Assembly: GCA_000004695.1 (NCBI GenBank)
Contig: CM000153.2
Coordinates: 4,672,001 to 4,736,000 of the forward strand
Origin: Dictyostelium discoideum
Lineage: Eukaryota
Length of the DNA: 64,000 bases
Direction of reading: 5' to 3'
Part shown: in pieces, positions 36,744-50,524 of the stretch
Numbering within the stretch: position 1 is the stretch's first letter
Layout: the number at the start of each line of letters is the position of its first letter
Made by a program: the position numbers and the translations under genes
Notes under the pieces: generated by a model
What the model was told of the DNA's origin: nothing
Seen by the model: only the letters and a program-made list of their open reading frames with translations
Databases searched by the model: none

Positions 36744-39700
36744 TTATTTAAATAAATGAGATTTCTTGGAAAGTTTTACAATACCAGTGATAACATCATC
36801 TTTAATACCAAAAGATTTCAAAACTGATCCACCAGTTGTAGAATTACATTTTGAAATGATAACCTCGAATGAAACTGTAGTAGAAGGTTTGAGGAGTTTA
36901 ACGAATATCTTGATAAGTTCTAAAATAAAGAATCTAAAGTTATCAGATAATTGACCTCCAAGAGTTGAATCGAATTTAATTAAAGAACTTCTTGAGACAC
37001 CCAATGCTAAAGAAACCTTTTTAACAGTTTCATAACTTGTTGGTGAATTTACAATCATCAACAAATCTGAATATAAAGTAACTATTTCTTTTTCAAATAA
37101 TTGTTGTTGTTTTTGTTTCATTATATCATTTGATTTATCTTCTTTTTTAGATTTTTTCTTTTTTTCTTTTTCCTCTTTTTCTGTTTCCAATGCCCAACTT
37201 TTTCCAATGATTGATGATGATGAGTTAAAGATATCTTCATTTTTGGATTTTGATAATTTTGATCTTGATCCATCTTTTGACAATGATAAAGAGGATGACG
37301 ATGAAGACGATGATGATAAATACTTTGGTGGTGGTGATACGTAATCTTCATTATCGTCAAATAAACCAAAACCACAATATTCTTCTTCATCAGACTCTTC
37401 TTGTTCTTTTTCTTTTCTTTCTTGTTGCTTTTGAGATTGTAGCTGTGGTTGTGGTTGTGACTTTGGTGGTGGTGGACAATAATCATCGTATTCGCCAAAT
37501 AATCCAAAACCACAATCCCCTTCTCCATCAGACTCTTCTTGTTCTTTTTGTGGTCCTGATTTTGGTTGTTGTGGTTGTATTTGTTTTGATTCATATAAGG
37601 ATTGAGACAATACCCTTTGTAATTGATAATCTTCTTCATCACCAAAAAGACCAAATCCCATGTCTTCATCTTCATCATATGATTCCTTTTTTTTAGGTAA
37701 CGATGTTGGCTTTGAAACTGTTGTTGTTGCTGCTGCTTTTGTTGTTGTTGTTGATGATGTTGGATAGTCACCAAAAAGATCAAAACCCATATCTTCATCA
37801 CCCCACTCTTCTTCTTCGTCTTTTGGTTGAGATTTGGCTGCTAAATAGGAAGCAGGAGTAGAAGAAGCTGTAACAAGAGAAGTAATAGCATTGGGTACAC
37901 CTCCAAAAGAGTATGAACTTCCACTACCGCCGCCACCACTTCCTCCTTTCTTTACTGGTTCGTCTGACCAAGCATCATCGTCGTCGTCGTCTTCGTCATT
38001 TTCAATACAATCAATAGCTACTCTTCTACGACTTAGAGAATTTATTAATTGTGCAGAAAGATTATCAATAGTTTTGGCTTCTTCTTTTAATTTCTCTGGA
38101 ACTGCTTTTAATGAATATCCTCGTTTTATTGAATTCAAAAGAGAACCTTCATCACTTTTCAAAGAGTTTGCCTCTATCGAATTATTTTTTGAAGTTGATG
38201 ATGATGGTGGTGGTGGTGGTGGTGGACCAGATGATGATGGTTGTGGTGGTAAAGTAGTTCGTTTAAACCTTGGCATTCCATCTGATTTCTTTGAAATATT
38301 TCTTTCTTCTTGTAGATTTTCTTTTTCAGGACTATAACCAATATGAGCCGAAGATCTTCTCATCATTCCTCCAAATACTTGTGGAGCTGGTGGTGCTGGA
38401 CTAAAGACATTAGTGGATACACTTGGTCTTGGAGCATTTGGCAATGGTGGTGGTGTTGGTGTTGGTGTTGGTGTTGGAGTTGATGAGAAAGAAACTGTAC
38501 TCATTCTGGAATATCCAGCAACCATTGGTTTACTTGGTAAATTTATTTCAGAGAGGGTACTTTCTTCTTTGGCTTTAGATTTTGAAAATGATGGTGATGA
38601 TGGGGAATATGATGTTAAAACTGGTAATTTGGATGGTTTTGTTGGTGCATAAGATGGTGATACTGGAGAATAGGATGGTATTGTTGGTGCATATAGTAGT
38701 GATGTTGGAGTATATGATGGTGATACTGGAGAATATGATTGCGAAGTGGAAGCATATAGTGGAGAAGTTGAATAAGATGGTGATGTTGGGGAATAAGATG
38801 GTGATGTTGGGGAATAGGATGGTGATGTTGGGGAATAGGATGGTGATGTTGGGGAATAGGATGGTGATGTTGGGATATAGAATGGTGATGTTGGGGAATA
38901 AGGTTGAGAAGCTTGGAAAAATAATGATGGTGGTGGTGCACCACGTCCAAGTGATGTTGATGGTGGTGGTGGTGGTTGTGGTGGTGGTGGAGCACCACGT
39001 CCAAAAGCGGTACCAATATTTCCTCCCCTTCCACCTCTTGATGATCCTATACTTCCACCTCTTGATGATCCTCCTCTACCTCTACTACTATTGTTTGAAC
39101 GAATATTTCCTTCAGGAGATGGAGATCTAGATCTAGTTACACATCTATATTTATCAATTGATATTCCTCTTAAACTTACTTCACCTCTACTACTATTGTT
39201 TGAACGAATATTTCCTTCAGGAGATGGAGATCTAGATCTAGTTACACATCTATATTTATCAAATGATATTCCTCTTAAACTTACTTCATTACTAAAACTA
39301 TCAGATTCACTATCACTTCCACTTTCACTTTGATTTTCACTAACTCCTCCTTCATAATCTATATCAGTATTATTATTATTTGATACAATTTGATTAACAA
39401 CAATTGGTTTATAAGTTGTTGTTGCTTTTTTAATACCAAGTTTTTTAGGAGTTATTGACCATTGTTTAGAAGAAATAGTTGATTCAATTTGTGGTTCATC
39501 TTTTGGTTCATTATCAACATTATTTTCAGGTTGATGTTGATGACGTTGATCAAGGTTAAATTCATTAATTTCTTGTTCATCTTCAATAAATTGTAAACAT
39601 TCAGTTGTAGAATCACGAATTAATTGAAGTAAAAGTGTTGTATCTTTATAAGAATCTTCAGATAAGGTATCCAATTCAGAGATTGCTTTGTCAAATGTAT

Positions 39701-42432
39701 TCTTTGAAATTTGAATTGATTTTTCAAAATCACCATTCTCTTTATAATAGTTTGCAGATAATAATGATAATTGTAATAAAATCGGATTGGTTGGTGATAA
39801 TGAATTTTCTGAACGTTGTAAAGCAGACTTTAAAGTTGATTCAAACTTTTCACACCATTGTTTCTTTGAATATTTATTATCATCACAATTTAATAAACTT
39901 TTATAAACTGTACATTGATTATTCATTAAACTAATAATTGCCTCTTCATTATTTGAATGATTTGTTGATGATTCTAATAATCTTAATAAACCTTTACCTT
40001 GATAAATTATATCCTCTTTTAATTTCTTTTTCTCTCTTAATAATTTACTTGGTGTTGTTGGTGTAGTAGTAGTTGTTGTTGTTGAATCATCATTAATTGA
40101 TAATTTATCAACTCTTTTTGAAATTAAATTATTAATTGTATCTGAAAGTAAATTTAATTCTTTCATTGAAAATTCACCAAATGTATCTGAAATTTGATGA
40201 AATACATTAATTGTATCAGAGAACTTGCTATTTGAATGATATTGTTCAATTAATTTGGATAATTGATCACGTTTATTCAATAGAATTGGATCATTTGGAT
40301 CTTGATCAATACCTTGAGATTTATCTTCCCATGCAATGTATGGTAGAGAATCAACAATAGTTTGAGAGATAATCGATTGAATTGGTGGTAATTTTGAGAA
40401 TGTTTCATGTTTTTCCCTCTTTTCAACTGCAACAAAACTTGTGAATGGTGTTACAATCGAGTATTTAATGGATAGGTCGATGACATCATTCTTTTTCTTT
40501 AATTTAATTAAATCATGTTCATGTTTATTTTGACTATAGGTACCATCTTGATATTCTCTAATCATTGAACGAGCAGCTAAACGATGAATTAAATTACCCT
40601 TTATGAAACCAATCTCTGGTGTATGAACAACGTTGGTGATTAAACCACCACCAGGTGCTTGGCAAATCAATGTTGCACGAGTACAAATACCAGAGAAAGC
40701 ATACATAACTTGACGTTCTTTCTTAAATATTGAAGTTATAGTAGCAGGTGATTGAACTATGGAATTGGTATCACTTGAATCGAATTTCACTGAAATATTC
40801 GACATTGCGGGTTGAGTTAACCGTTGAAGTTGATCAATGATTTTCTTTGGATTTGGACGTTTATTTGTTTGAATAAACTCTGGATAACCACCACCTAAAC
40901 GGCAAATACTCTTTACGAAATGTCTACTACAATGCTCACCAATACCAAATGCAAACATTCTACAATAGGGTGATGCTTTTTTAACCAACATTTGAACCAA
41001 TTCTTCATTGGCTACATTACCATCTGTGAATAGTAAAATATTATGTGGATTGGTTGGTTTAGCTTTCTCTGCCAACAAATAAAGTGATTGTAATGGTTGA
41101 TGTAATAATGTACCACCATAGGATGTTTTTAAATGATTGATATGGCTCCAAGCAATTTGTAAATTTGATTCAGTCGGTGGTACACCAATACCGAAAAGCC
41201 AGTCAAAGGTATCACCAAAACAAACCACATCGAATAACACCTTTTGCATACCACGTAAATTTGAAATAGTGATACGAACTGCACGTAATAAATCCTCAAA
41301 TGCATCACCAGCCATCGAAGATGATAAATCAATTAATAAAGTAACCATAGTATGGCTATCCTTCATAGTATTATCAATATCCAATTTTGGATAAAATGCC
41401 AACATACTTGCATGATGACCTTTCTCATCAACCTCAACCCACATTCTTGGTGAATAAGGCTCCTCCAAACCAATCAATAATTGGAAATTCTTATCTAAAT
41501 ATTGATTATCTTGATTATTTAATTCAATGGTTGCTTTTGTATGAGTACGTTTTATACGAACGTCATGAGTTGGTGAAATTAATTTTACAATATTATAAGG
41601 CATTTCAATACCGACCGAAATGGATAAATCAGATTGTTTTTGTGCCAATTCTGTCACTTGAACAGTTGATGTTACCGATTGAGTATTACTACTTGAGGAT
41701 TGCAATCTTTGCTTTGGTGTGATTGAACGTGGTAATACAAAACTAATATCTAAACCATCGATTGATAGCTCAGTAACATAAACTATCTTAATTAAAACAT
41801 CACAATTTGGTGGTAAATTACCAACTGAAACTGTGAAAACATCAGGTTTATCCTCATCCATTAAATATGCACCATGACCAGCTGCAACTGCTTCACGATA
41901 CTCTCTTTGTGCTTTCTCCTTCTCTTTACATTCACCAATTATATGTTTACCATTTACATAAGCTTCGAAACCACAAACTGCTCCCATTTCATCCAATGGA
42001 AAAACATACTTTGCTTCAATCATATTCTTTGAATTATTTTGATAATGTTGATAAATTGTAACTTCACCAATTAAATCTAAAATTTTACCTTTAACATGAA
42101 CAGATTTTAATGGTATAGCATTATCACCACCACCATTCTTTGAAATTAAACCAATTTCTTGATTATCATCATCATCATTACTATCATCAATTAATGATTT
42201 TTGAGGTAGTGAATTTGGAACTTTCTCAGATTCAATAGTTGGTTTAACTGATTCTTTTGAAATTTCAAGTAATTTATCATTATTTGATGATAATGATGAT
42301 TTTAATATTGGTGGTATTGTTAATGAATTTAAATCATCAAATTCAATTAGGTATTGAATTTTTTGTTGTTTTGAATCATAAATTACAATTTCATCATCAA
42401 TAAAATCAGATTGTTTAACTGTATTATTTGAC

Positions 42433-42466
<34 letters not shown>

Positions 42467-44594
42467 CAACACCTTGAACACTATCAAAACCTTTTGGTGG
42501 TTTTGATAATTGAGTTTGATGAGTTGTATATTTTTTAATTTGACCTAATGCAACTGAACAAATAAACATATACTTTGAAAGTGTTTTTGTTGATGCTTTA
42601 CAATATTGAATTGAAGTGGATGGTTTAACACCAAAATAAATACCACTACCCAAATAACCAATATCTCTTCTACCAGCACCAATTGATGTTGATACATTTG
42701 GTGTTAATAAACCTCTACTTAGTATACCCAATATATTCGATGGATTACTACCATGATAAAGTGTTTTCAAATTACCAACTTCAAAATTATAATTATCTTC
42801 TTCTTTTCTTATAATTTTAAAAATATTTTTAATTTTTATTAAATTATTATTATTATTATTATTATCTATACAATTTTCATTATTATTATTATTATCATTA
42901 CCATTACTTTTTTTAATTGATTGTTGTGGTTGTGTTAAACCTTCAATTTTTGTACCACCTTTAATTTGATCAGTTATACGTTTAAAATCTTTTGAAGATT
43001 TATCTAATTGATTAATTTGACAACGTAATGCACGATATTTTGCCATTTCACCACTACTTGCAGAAGTTAATGTTTTTGAAACACCACTTAATGATTCACC
43101 AACTGATAAAATATCTTTCATTAATTGTACAGATTCTTGAATATCATTTAATAGTTCATATGAATTATTAAATTTACCACCTGGTGGTTTCAATTGTGGT
43201 AATGATCTAAAGATTTCATCGATTAAATCGGTTGATTCTTTACTATCAATTTTACCACCATTACCTCTTAACACTGTTGATAATTGAAATAATGATAATT
43301 CAGCTTTATCAACTTGCATTAATGTAATGTCACCCATTGATGTTTTAATTGAACCTTCAGGTGAAAGGTGAAGTTTACTACCATTACCAAACTTATTACC
43401 CAATGTTGATATAGCTTCATCATATAATATTTTAATTAATTCATGAATTGGTTTTGGAATTTCATTATTAATGTTATTACTATCATCAATATTATTGGTG
43501 GTGGTTATTGTTGTATCATCAAATAATTTATTATAACATAATTCTTGTAATTTATTAGAACCAATTAATGTTGAACCTAATTGAAATTTTGAATATTTTT
43601 TATTTATTAAATGATCTTTAAATATCTCATTATATTGGTCCAATGAATTCTCCAAATTTGTAAATGGTATCCATTCTTTAACTGAATCATTTATTTTATT
43701 TGCATCTAAACTACCATAATTTAAAAATACTCTATAATATGATTGTGTTTGGTCACCACTACCACCACTATTATCACTATTACCAGTTTTAATTAATTCT
43801 AAAATTTTACCTGCAACATGTAATTCCAAACAAATAAAACTTTCAGCTTTTGGTGATATTAAAACATTATGTTTAACAACATGATATTTAGATTCTGTTG
43901 GAAATTTATCGTTTTCAACTTTATTATTATATTTAATTCTTTCATATTGCTGTTGTTGCTGCTCACCATTAGTTGATGATGATGATGATGATGATGGATC
44001 TTCTAATAAATTTGAAAAATCCAATGATTTATAATGATATTCTTTAATATTATATAATGAAACTAATGAATATTCATTTGGTGATAATAAATTACCATTT
44101 GAAATTGAATCTTCTAAATATCTTTTTGACACAATTGGAATATTCAATTTAATTGCCTTTTTAATATTGGATGATAAAGTTTCTAAATTTATATTCTTTT
44201 TTTCTTCTTCATCTTGATAACTATTATTATTATTATTCTTTTCATCAACTTTTATTAAATCATTAAAATCACCACTAAAAATATAATAGTTAATCTAAAA
44301 ATAATTTTTATATAAAAAAAAAATAAAAATAAAAAAATAAAAATAAAATTAAATGTTTCACAAATAATTATTATATGTGTGTTAATAGTTGAATGATTTA
44401 AATTTTTTTTTTTTTTAATTTTTTTAAATAAATAATAAAAATAACAAACTTACTTTTTGATTTAAAATCATTGAGACATTACCACCATGTGATTCTACAT
44501 ATGATTGTAAAACCTTTTTTGATTTTAAGCCACTATTTCCACAATCCAAATAAAATGTAAGATTATTTAACACAGAGTTTTTATTTACAACCAT
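36744..44594 (-). CDS. PARP4/vault-PARP-like poly(ADP-ribose) polymerase: BRCT, PARP catalytic, VIT and vWA domains, followed by a very long low-complexity C-terminal region (about 2560 aa). Two exons: 44594..44454 and 44294..36744.
   Basis: Exon 1 [47 protein letters not shown] (BRCT-like) ends at donor GTAAGT. A 159-nt intron precedes exon 2, which starts [19 protein letters not shown]… in phase 0. PARP catalytic region …[18 protein letters not shown]…GSGIYFG…YLIEF. VIT domain …[42 protein letters not shown]. vWA domain …[11 protein letters not shown]…. The C-terminal tail carries YSPTSPS heptads, a tandem duplication and four DDDMGFGLFD-like motifs. Confidence 0.85.
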
Positions 44595-44607
44595 TTTTTT
44601 GTTTTTG

Positions 44608-44642
<35 letters not shown>

Positions 44643-45095
44643 ATTTATTGTTTTTCTTTTTTTTTTTTTTTTATTTATTATTTATTTATTATATATAATT
44701 TATTTATTTTTTATTTTTTTTTTATTATTATTATTTTTAGTAATACACCTGAAAATTAAAAAATTAAAAAAAATTCTAATACTAGGAAATGATAAAATCT
44801 AATAAGCACAATGATAAAATAGTGTGTGCAATGTATTTTTTAAGAATTTTTTTTTTTAATATAAATCACTAAACTGAAATGTGAAAAAATAAAGAAAAAA
44901 AAAAATAAAAAAAAAATAAAAAATAAAGAAAAAAATAGTGTTCGTTGAAAAATTAAATAATGAAAAAAAAATAGGAAAAAAAAATCAAAATATCTTTACA
45001 TTTGAAAAAATTAGAAAAAAAAAAAAAAAAAAAGATCAAAATATCTTTGTTTTTGGGTGGGCATTTTAAAAAAAAAAAAAAAAAACTTATATTAT

Positions 45096-46707
45096 TTATT
45101 TAGAAAAATATTGTTGTTGATTGTATTGTTGACGTTGTGGTGAATTTTGTTGTTGTTGTTGTTGTTGTAGTTGTTGTTGATTTTGTCTAATTATAAATTG
45201 AACTTTTTTAACTGTTGCTCTAATAATGAATTGATCTCTACTTAGTGATCTAACATTTTTAAGGTATTCTTCCAAAGATATTCTATTTGAATGTAATGCT
45301 TTATCTAAGTAGTAGAGTAAATCTTCGATGGTTGAATCATCAGAGACCAATTTTAACAATTGTTTTGAGAGTGAATCTTTAGGACCCAATATTTGATCGA
45401 TATCAATATTTGAATCTGATTTATCATTTTCGTTTATCCATTTCTCCAATTGTTCAATGTTTTCATTCAATTGATCGATTTGACTATTGTAAGTTGCCAA
45501 TTGATTCGATAACTCCTCCTTCTCAAGTAATTTTTTCTTTGATAACTCTTCCAATGATTTGTTATGAGCTTCGAAATCCTTAATCTCTAATGATGTAGTG
45601 TCATAAAATTTCGATAATAATTCTTGCAATTTAATTGTACATTGATCAACCATTTCACTTTTTTTATCAATAACTGGTTGTGGTGGTAAAGGTGGTAATG
45701 GTTTAACTGATGGTGATGTTTGTTGTTGTTGCTGTTTTGCTGCTGTTGGTTCTGTATATGCTGGTGGTGGTGATGGTTGTTGTGGTGGTGGTATTATATT
45801 ATTATTTTGTTGTTGTTGTTGTTGTTGAGTTGGTGGTGGGGGTGGTGATGTTTGTGGTTGTTTTGGTGGGGGTAAAGATGATGTATTATTAGTTTTATTT
45901 TTAATTGAATCGTACGATGGTGGTGGTTGTGTATATGATGAGGAATTTGAAGTACTTGGTGATGAACCATATGGTGGTGGTGGTTGTTGTTGTTGTGCTG
46001 CCACATTATTATTGGTTGGTGATGAACCATAAGGTGGTGGTGATATATTATTTTGTGGTGGTTGTGGTTGTTGTTGTTGTGATACTCTTGTCTCTAATGG
46101 TGGTTTAAAACTAAATGCATCACATAACATTTTTTAACAATGACCCATCGTTGAATTGGAACTCCAACTTGATATATATGGATGATAAACTAATCCCTGT
46201 AAATTTACATGGTGATGATTTTTTACAATCCTCATCTCTGGTGTTGGATCTAAAACCATTGTTGGGAATTCTTGTGGATAGTTTAATGGTACCCAAACTA
46301 TAATTGGTAAATAATAATTAATACCTTTAAAACAAATTGGAATTGTACCTTTTATACATATTAAATTAACTCTATCTTTAATAATAATTTTTAAAAATAA
46401 AATAGTGAAAAAAAAAAAAAAAAAAAATAATATAAATTATAAAATTAATAATAAATTTTTTTATTTTTTTTTTATTTTTTTTTCTTTTTTTTTACTTACT
46501 TGGTATATTTTCATAAAACGGTGATAAATTTGGGAATAAATGAAATGTTTCTTTTAAATCTTTACTTATTCTTAGTGGATCTCTATAAGCTCTAATATAA
46601 TTAAGAAAAGTTGATAGAGTATGCATTTTATTATCCACTATGGCTAAAGTTGGATTAACCATTTGTTGTTGATGTGCATGCATTGGGTATCCATGATGAC
46701 CATACAT
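45096..46707 (-). CDS. tsg101: TSG101/Vps23 (ESCRT-I) homologue: UEV domain, Pro/Gln-rich linker, coiled coil and steadiness box. Exons 46707..46500 and 46375..46137, with an in-frame TAA at 46136..46134, then 46130..45096.
   Basis: UEV exon 2: carried codon N, then …RVNLICIKGTIPICFKGINYYLPIIVWVPLNYPQEFPTMVLDPTPEMRIVKNHHHVNLQGLVYHPYISSW…. C-terminus …LLKLVSDDSTIEDLLYYLDKALHSNRISLEEYLKNVRSLSRDQFIIRATVKKVQ matches the TSG101 steadiness box. The two parts are co-linear and in the same frame but separated by TAA (…STMGHC*KMLCDAFSFKPPL). Confidence 0.6.
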
Positions 46708-46899
46708 TCTATATATCTATTGATTGGTGTAGTTTATTGAATTTATTTTATATGGTGGTAGTGGCTGTGTTAAAAAAAAAAAAAAAAAATAAATAATACA
46801 ATTTTTTGAGGGTAAAATAAAAAATGAAAAAAAAAAATTATGATTTTATATTTATATATGACCTTTTAAAAGGAACTATATATATATATTCACCTGTTT

Positions 46900-46942
<43 letters not shown>

Positions 46943-47145
46943 GCCAAAAAAAAAAAAAAAAAAAAATTAAAAAAAAAAAAAATTATTAAAATTTATTTTA
47001 TTTTATTTTTAATTTTTTTTAACTCAAAAATTTGAAATTATTATTATTTAATTTTATTTTTTATGTTTTTATTTTTTTTTTTTTTTATTCCATTAAAGCT
47101 TATCTCTTTTATTCAATAATTCTTCTTAATTAATAGCTCTTATTT

Positions 47146-47179
<34 letters not shown>

Positions 47180-48691
47180 GTTCAATATCCTTCCTCTTTT
47201 GAAGATAAAGATTATTTTTATTTTTATATCCAAAAAAAAAAAAAAAAAAAAAAAAGAATTATTATAAACGAGTCATTAATTATATTTTTTTTATTTTTTA
47301 AATTTTTTTTAAAATAAAAATATTAATAGAAATTAATTTTTTAATTGATAATAACATTTATGATGTACAGTATCAAAACTATATTTGTGTATGTATTAAA
47401 TTTAATTTGAATTTAATTAATTAATAGACTTTCCAGAGTTGCAAAATTATTTGAAAAATAATAATAATAATAAAAACAAAACAAAAATAAAATAAAATAA
47501 AATAATAAATGTGAAATATATTAAATTTAAAATGTTTTTTGGATAAAATAAAATATATTTTATTTTATTTTATTTGTTATTATTATATGTTAATTAATAT
47601 AATCAAATCCAAATATCAATATTGGTTTAAAACCACTCACTAAAACAGTAGTTTTTAGGTTGTCTTTGGGTTTGATTCGCTCAGTATTTTATAAGGTTAG
47701 TAGTACACATTATAATATTTTATAAGTTTTTATGTTTGGGAAATAAATCAATTTATTTTAATATAAATTCTCAATCTCTCATTTTTTAATTGATTTAATC
47801 AATTTTTAATTAAACATTCCTTAAAATATCAAATCGAGGAGTTTTATTTTTAAAATTTGTTAATTTCTTTTTTAAGTGGTCTGCGTAGTTTCTATGGTGG
47901 TCTTTGGGTTTGGTTCTCTCACTTTTAAGTTTATAACAACCAATAGCAATGACCACAACCAATAACAGCAACAACAACTAAATGATTATTATATTAAAGA
48001 AACTTCAATTGTTTTCTTGACTTTACTAAGGTCTATGAAATCAATTTACATCACTAATGAAAGTTATATAAATTTTTAAATAAACTTGAATCTGATTTCT
48101 TTTCAAAATTCATTAACCTTATTTAACAAAAATGATGAGTTTCAATTTATAATCATAATCTTTAATATTAATAAATTTATCTAAATTAGATAAAATAAAA
48201 ATAAAAATAAAAATAAAAATATTTTTCATCATTAAACAAAATTAAAGAATTGAAAATATTTATTGTTTTTAATTAAACAAAATTAAAGTTTTATTAATAC
48301 ATAAATTTAAAATACAACAATGTTGAAAATTATAATTAATATTTTGTACAGGGCTGTTAATTATAATTATTTAAATAATTATTTAATAAAAATTAATTTG
48401 TGGACGAGTATAAAATGCATGAGTACTTGTTTTATAAACAGTAATTGTACGAGCTACAGAATTTGTATCTTTAGAATCGTTGGAATAACATAAATTACAA
48501 GTATTAATATTTGATTTAATTTCATTTTTTGAAACAAATGATGAGCTTAATGATTCTATAATAATAAATAAAAATAAAGTTAGTTAGCACAATGAAATTC
48601 CAAATCTTGATTTATAATTTTTGTTTTGTTTTTGTTTTATTACATACTGAATAACATTTTTAATTAATTTGTTTTAATTGTACTTTTTAAA

Positions 48692-48722
<31 letters not shown>

Positions 48723-49349
48723 AAATAGTTTTTATAGTGATTTTTTTATTTTTGATTTAAATAAAATTGATGTTTTAAATGATCACAAAAAAAAAAAAAT
48801 TAAAAAACTATTTATATAAAAAAAAAATTAACAATTTTAAGATCTTACAAGTAAAATCATAATGGTGAATTAAGATGTCATCACATTTAAATTTTATAAA
48901 ATTTGTTGTTGTCATATCAATCCCATCAAATATATAATATTTTAAGATCAGTTTTATAATAATAATCAAAAAATATTATACCCATTAAAAAATATAAAAA
49001 AAAAAAAAAAAAAAGAAATTTATTAACCAAACACACACACAAATTCATCTAAAATCAAAACAAACTATTTGTTAATTTTTATATATGAGTTACATCATAC
49101 TGGTATAAATAAATAAATAAAAAAAACAATAATTATAGATGAAAAAAAAAAAAAAAAAAAAAAAAACCCATCCCTGGTTTAAAATATATGTAAATATTAT
49201 AAACTGTCCCTGGTTTAATATAAATACATATAATTAATATTATTTTTTATTAACTTTTTTTTTTTTTGTTCCTATACTCTTTTTTTTTTTAAAAAAATAA
49301 ATATTAACTTTATTTTGTATTTTTAAAAAAAAAATACAAATGATTGATT

Positions 49350-49912
49350 TTAATTTGTAAGATTTAATCCTAATTGAGAGGGAGTATGACGATTTTGTTT
49401 TAATTCAAATTGTCTTGGATTATTTCTATTTGGCCAAGAAATAATTAAAGTATTTCCTTGAATTGATGACACTGAATAATTTCTTTCAGTAACACGTTCT
49501 AATAAACCAAAATTTCTTGCTTTCCAAAATGAAAATAAAATATTTGGTCTTGTATCATCAATTTCAAAACTAACTTGATTATATTTTGTACCACCACCTC
49601 TAAATGGTATTCCATTTCTATAACCACAATAAACTGTATAGACTCTATCTTTATTTACATGGATTGTTAAATTTTTGGTATAGCTATTAACATTTGTTAC
49701 AATCACAACTCTAACCATATTTGGAGGTTGATCCTTTTTGTTATGTAATTTTTTTTTTTTTTTTTTTTTAATAAATAAATTATTAGTTTTGGAATTCTGA
49801 TTTTAATTTTAAAATAAATTAAATTATATTAATTATAACTTACTGGAAACTTTTCAATAACTACACCACTTATATCCTCATTACCAACAAATGTATCTAT
49901 AATACTTGACAT
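49350..49912 (-). CDS. Small hypothetical protein of about 150 aa. Two exons: 49912..49844 and 49733..49350.
   Basis: Exon 1 MSSIIDTFVGNEDISGVVIEKFP ends at donor GTAAGT. A 110-nt A/T intron ends in aaaaag. Exon 2 DQPPNMVRVVIVTNVNSYTKNLTIHVNKDRVYTVYCGYRNGIPFRGGG… is in phase 0. No domain recognised. Confidence 0.45.
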
Positions 49913-50386
49913 TATTATTTTAAGCTAACTGATAATTTAAAAAAAAAAAAAAAAAAGAAAGAAAAATAATAATGTATTATTTTTAACATAAATAAAAAAA
50001 AAAAAAAAAAAATAATAAAAAATAAAAATATAAATAAAATTAAAAAAACACACACACAAAAACAATGAATATATTTTAAAAAATATTATTATTTATTTAT
50101 TAATGTGTTAAATATAAATAAAAAAAAAAAATAAAAAATTGTTTTTTTTTTTTTTTTTTGGGTTTGTTAAAAAATATTAATTGATATTTGGGATTAAAAA
50201 AAAAAAATTTTGGAATGATTTAAAATAAATAAAGGGTTAGGTGATGGAATTTGTAAAACACTAAATATTTTTTTTTTCTTTTTTTTTCTTTTCGTTTAAA
50301 GGCAGTTTTTGTTTTTTTTTTATTGGGTAATTTTTTTTTTTCCTTTTTTTTTCCTTTCCGGTTTAATTCTTTTTTTTTTTGGTTTT

Positions 50387-50421
<35 letters not shown>

Positions 50422-50524
50422 TTTTATTTATTTGTTATTTATTATTTGTTATTTTTTTTATTTTATTTTTTTTGTTTCTTATTTTTTTTATTTTTTTTTT
50501 AAAAAAAGAGATTGCATACAGATT

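Noticed and set aside
37121-39333. Multiple overlapping His/Gln-rich or Met/Val-rich ORFs on both strands (e.g. 37121..37801, 38582..39130, 38615..39034).
   Set aside because: They are alternative frames of the repetitive C-terminal tail of the PARP4-like gene. The long 7.4-kb frame is the only one continuous with recognisable domains.
45710-46108. Plus-strand Val-rich ORFs and a minus-strand His-rich ORF overlapping tsg101.
   Set aside because: Antisense or alternative frames of the Pro/Gln-rich linker region of tsg101.
48386-48960. Candidate small minus-strand gene (ATG about 48898, GTAAGA donor, tatag acceptor about 48556, terminal exon to 48386).
   Set aside because: The phase does not match across the proposed intron, because the carried nucleotide creates TAA. 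It is either a different gene structure or noise.
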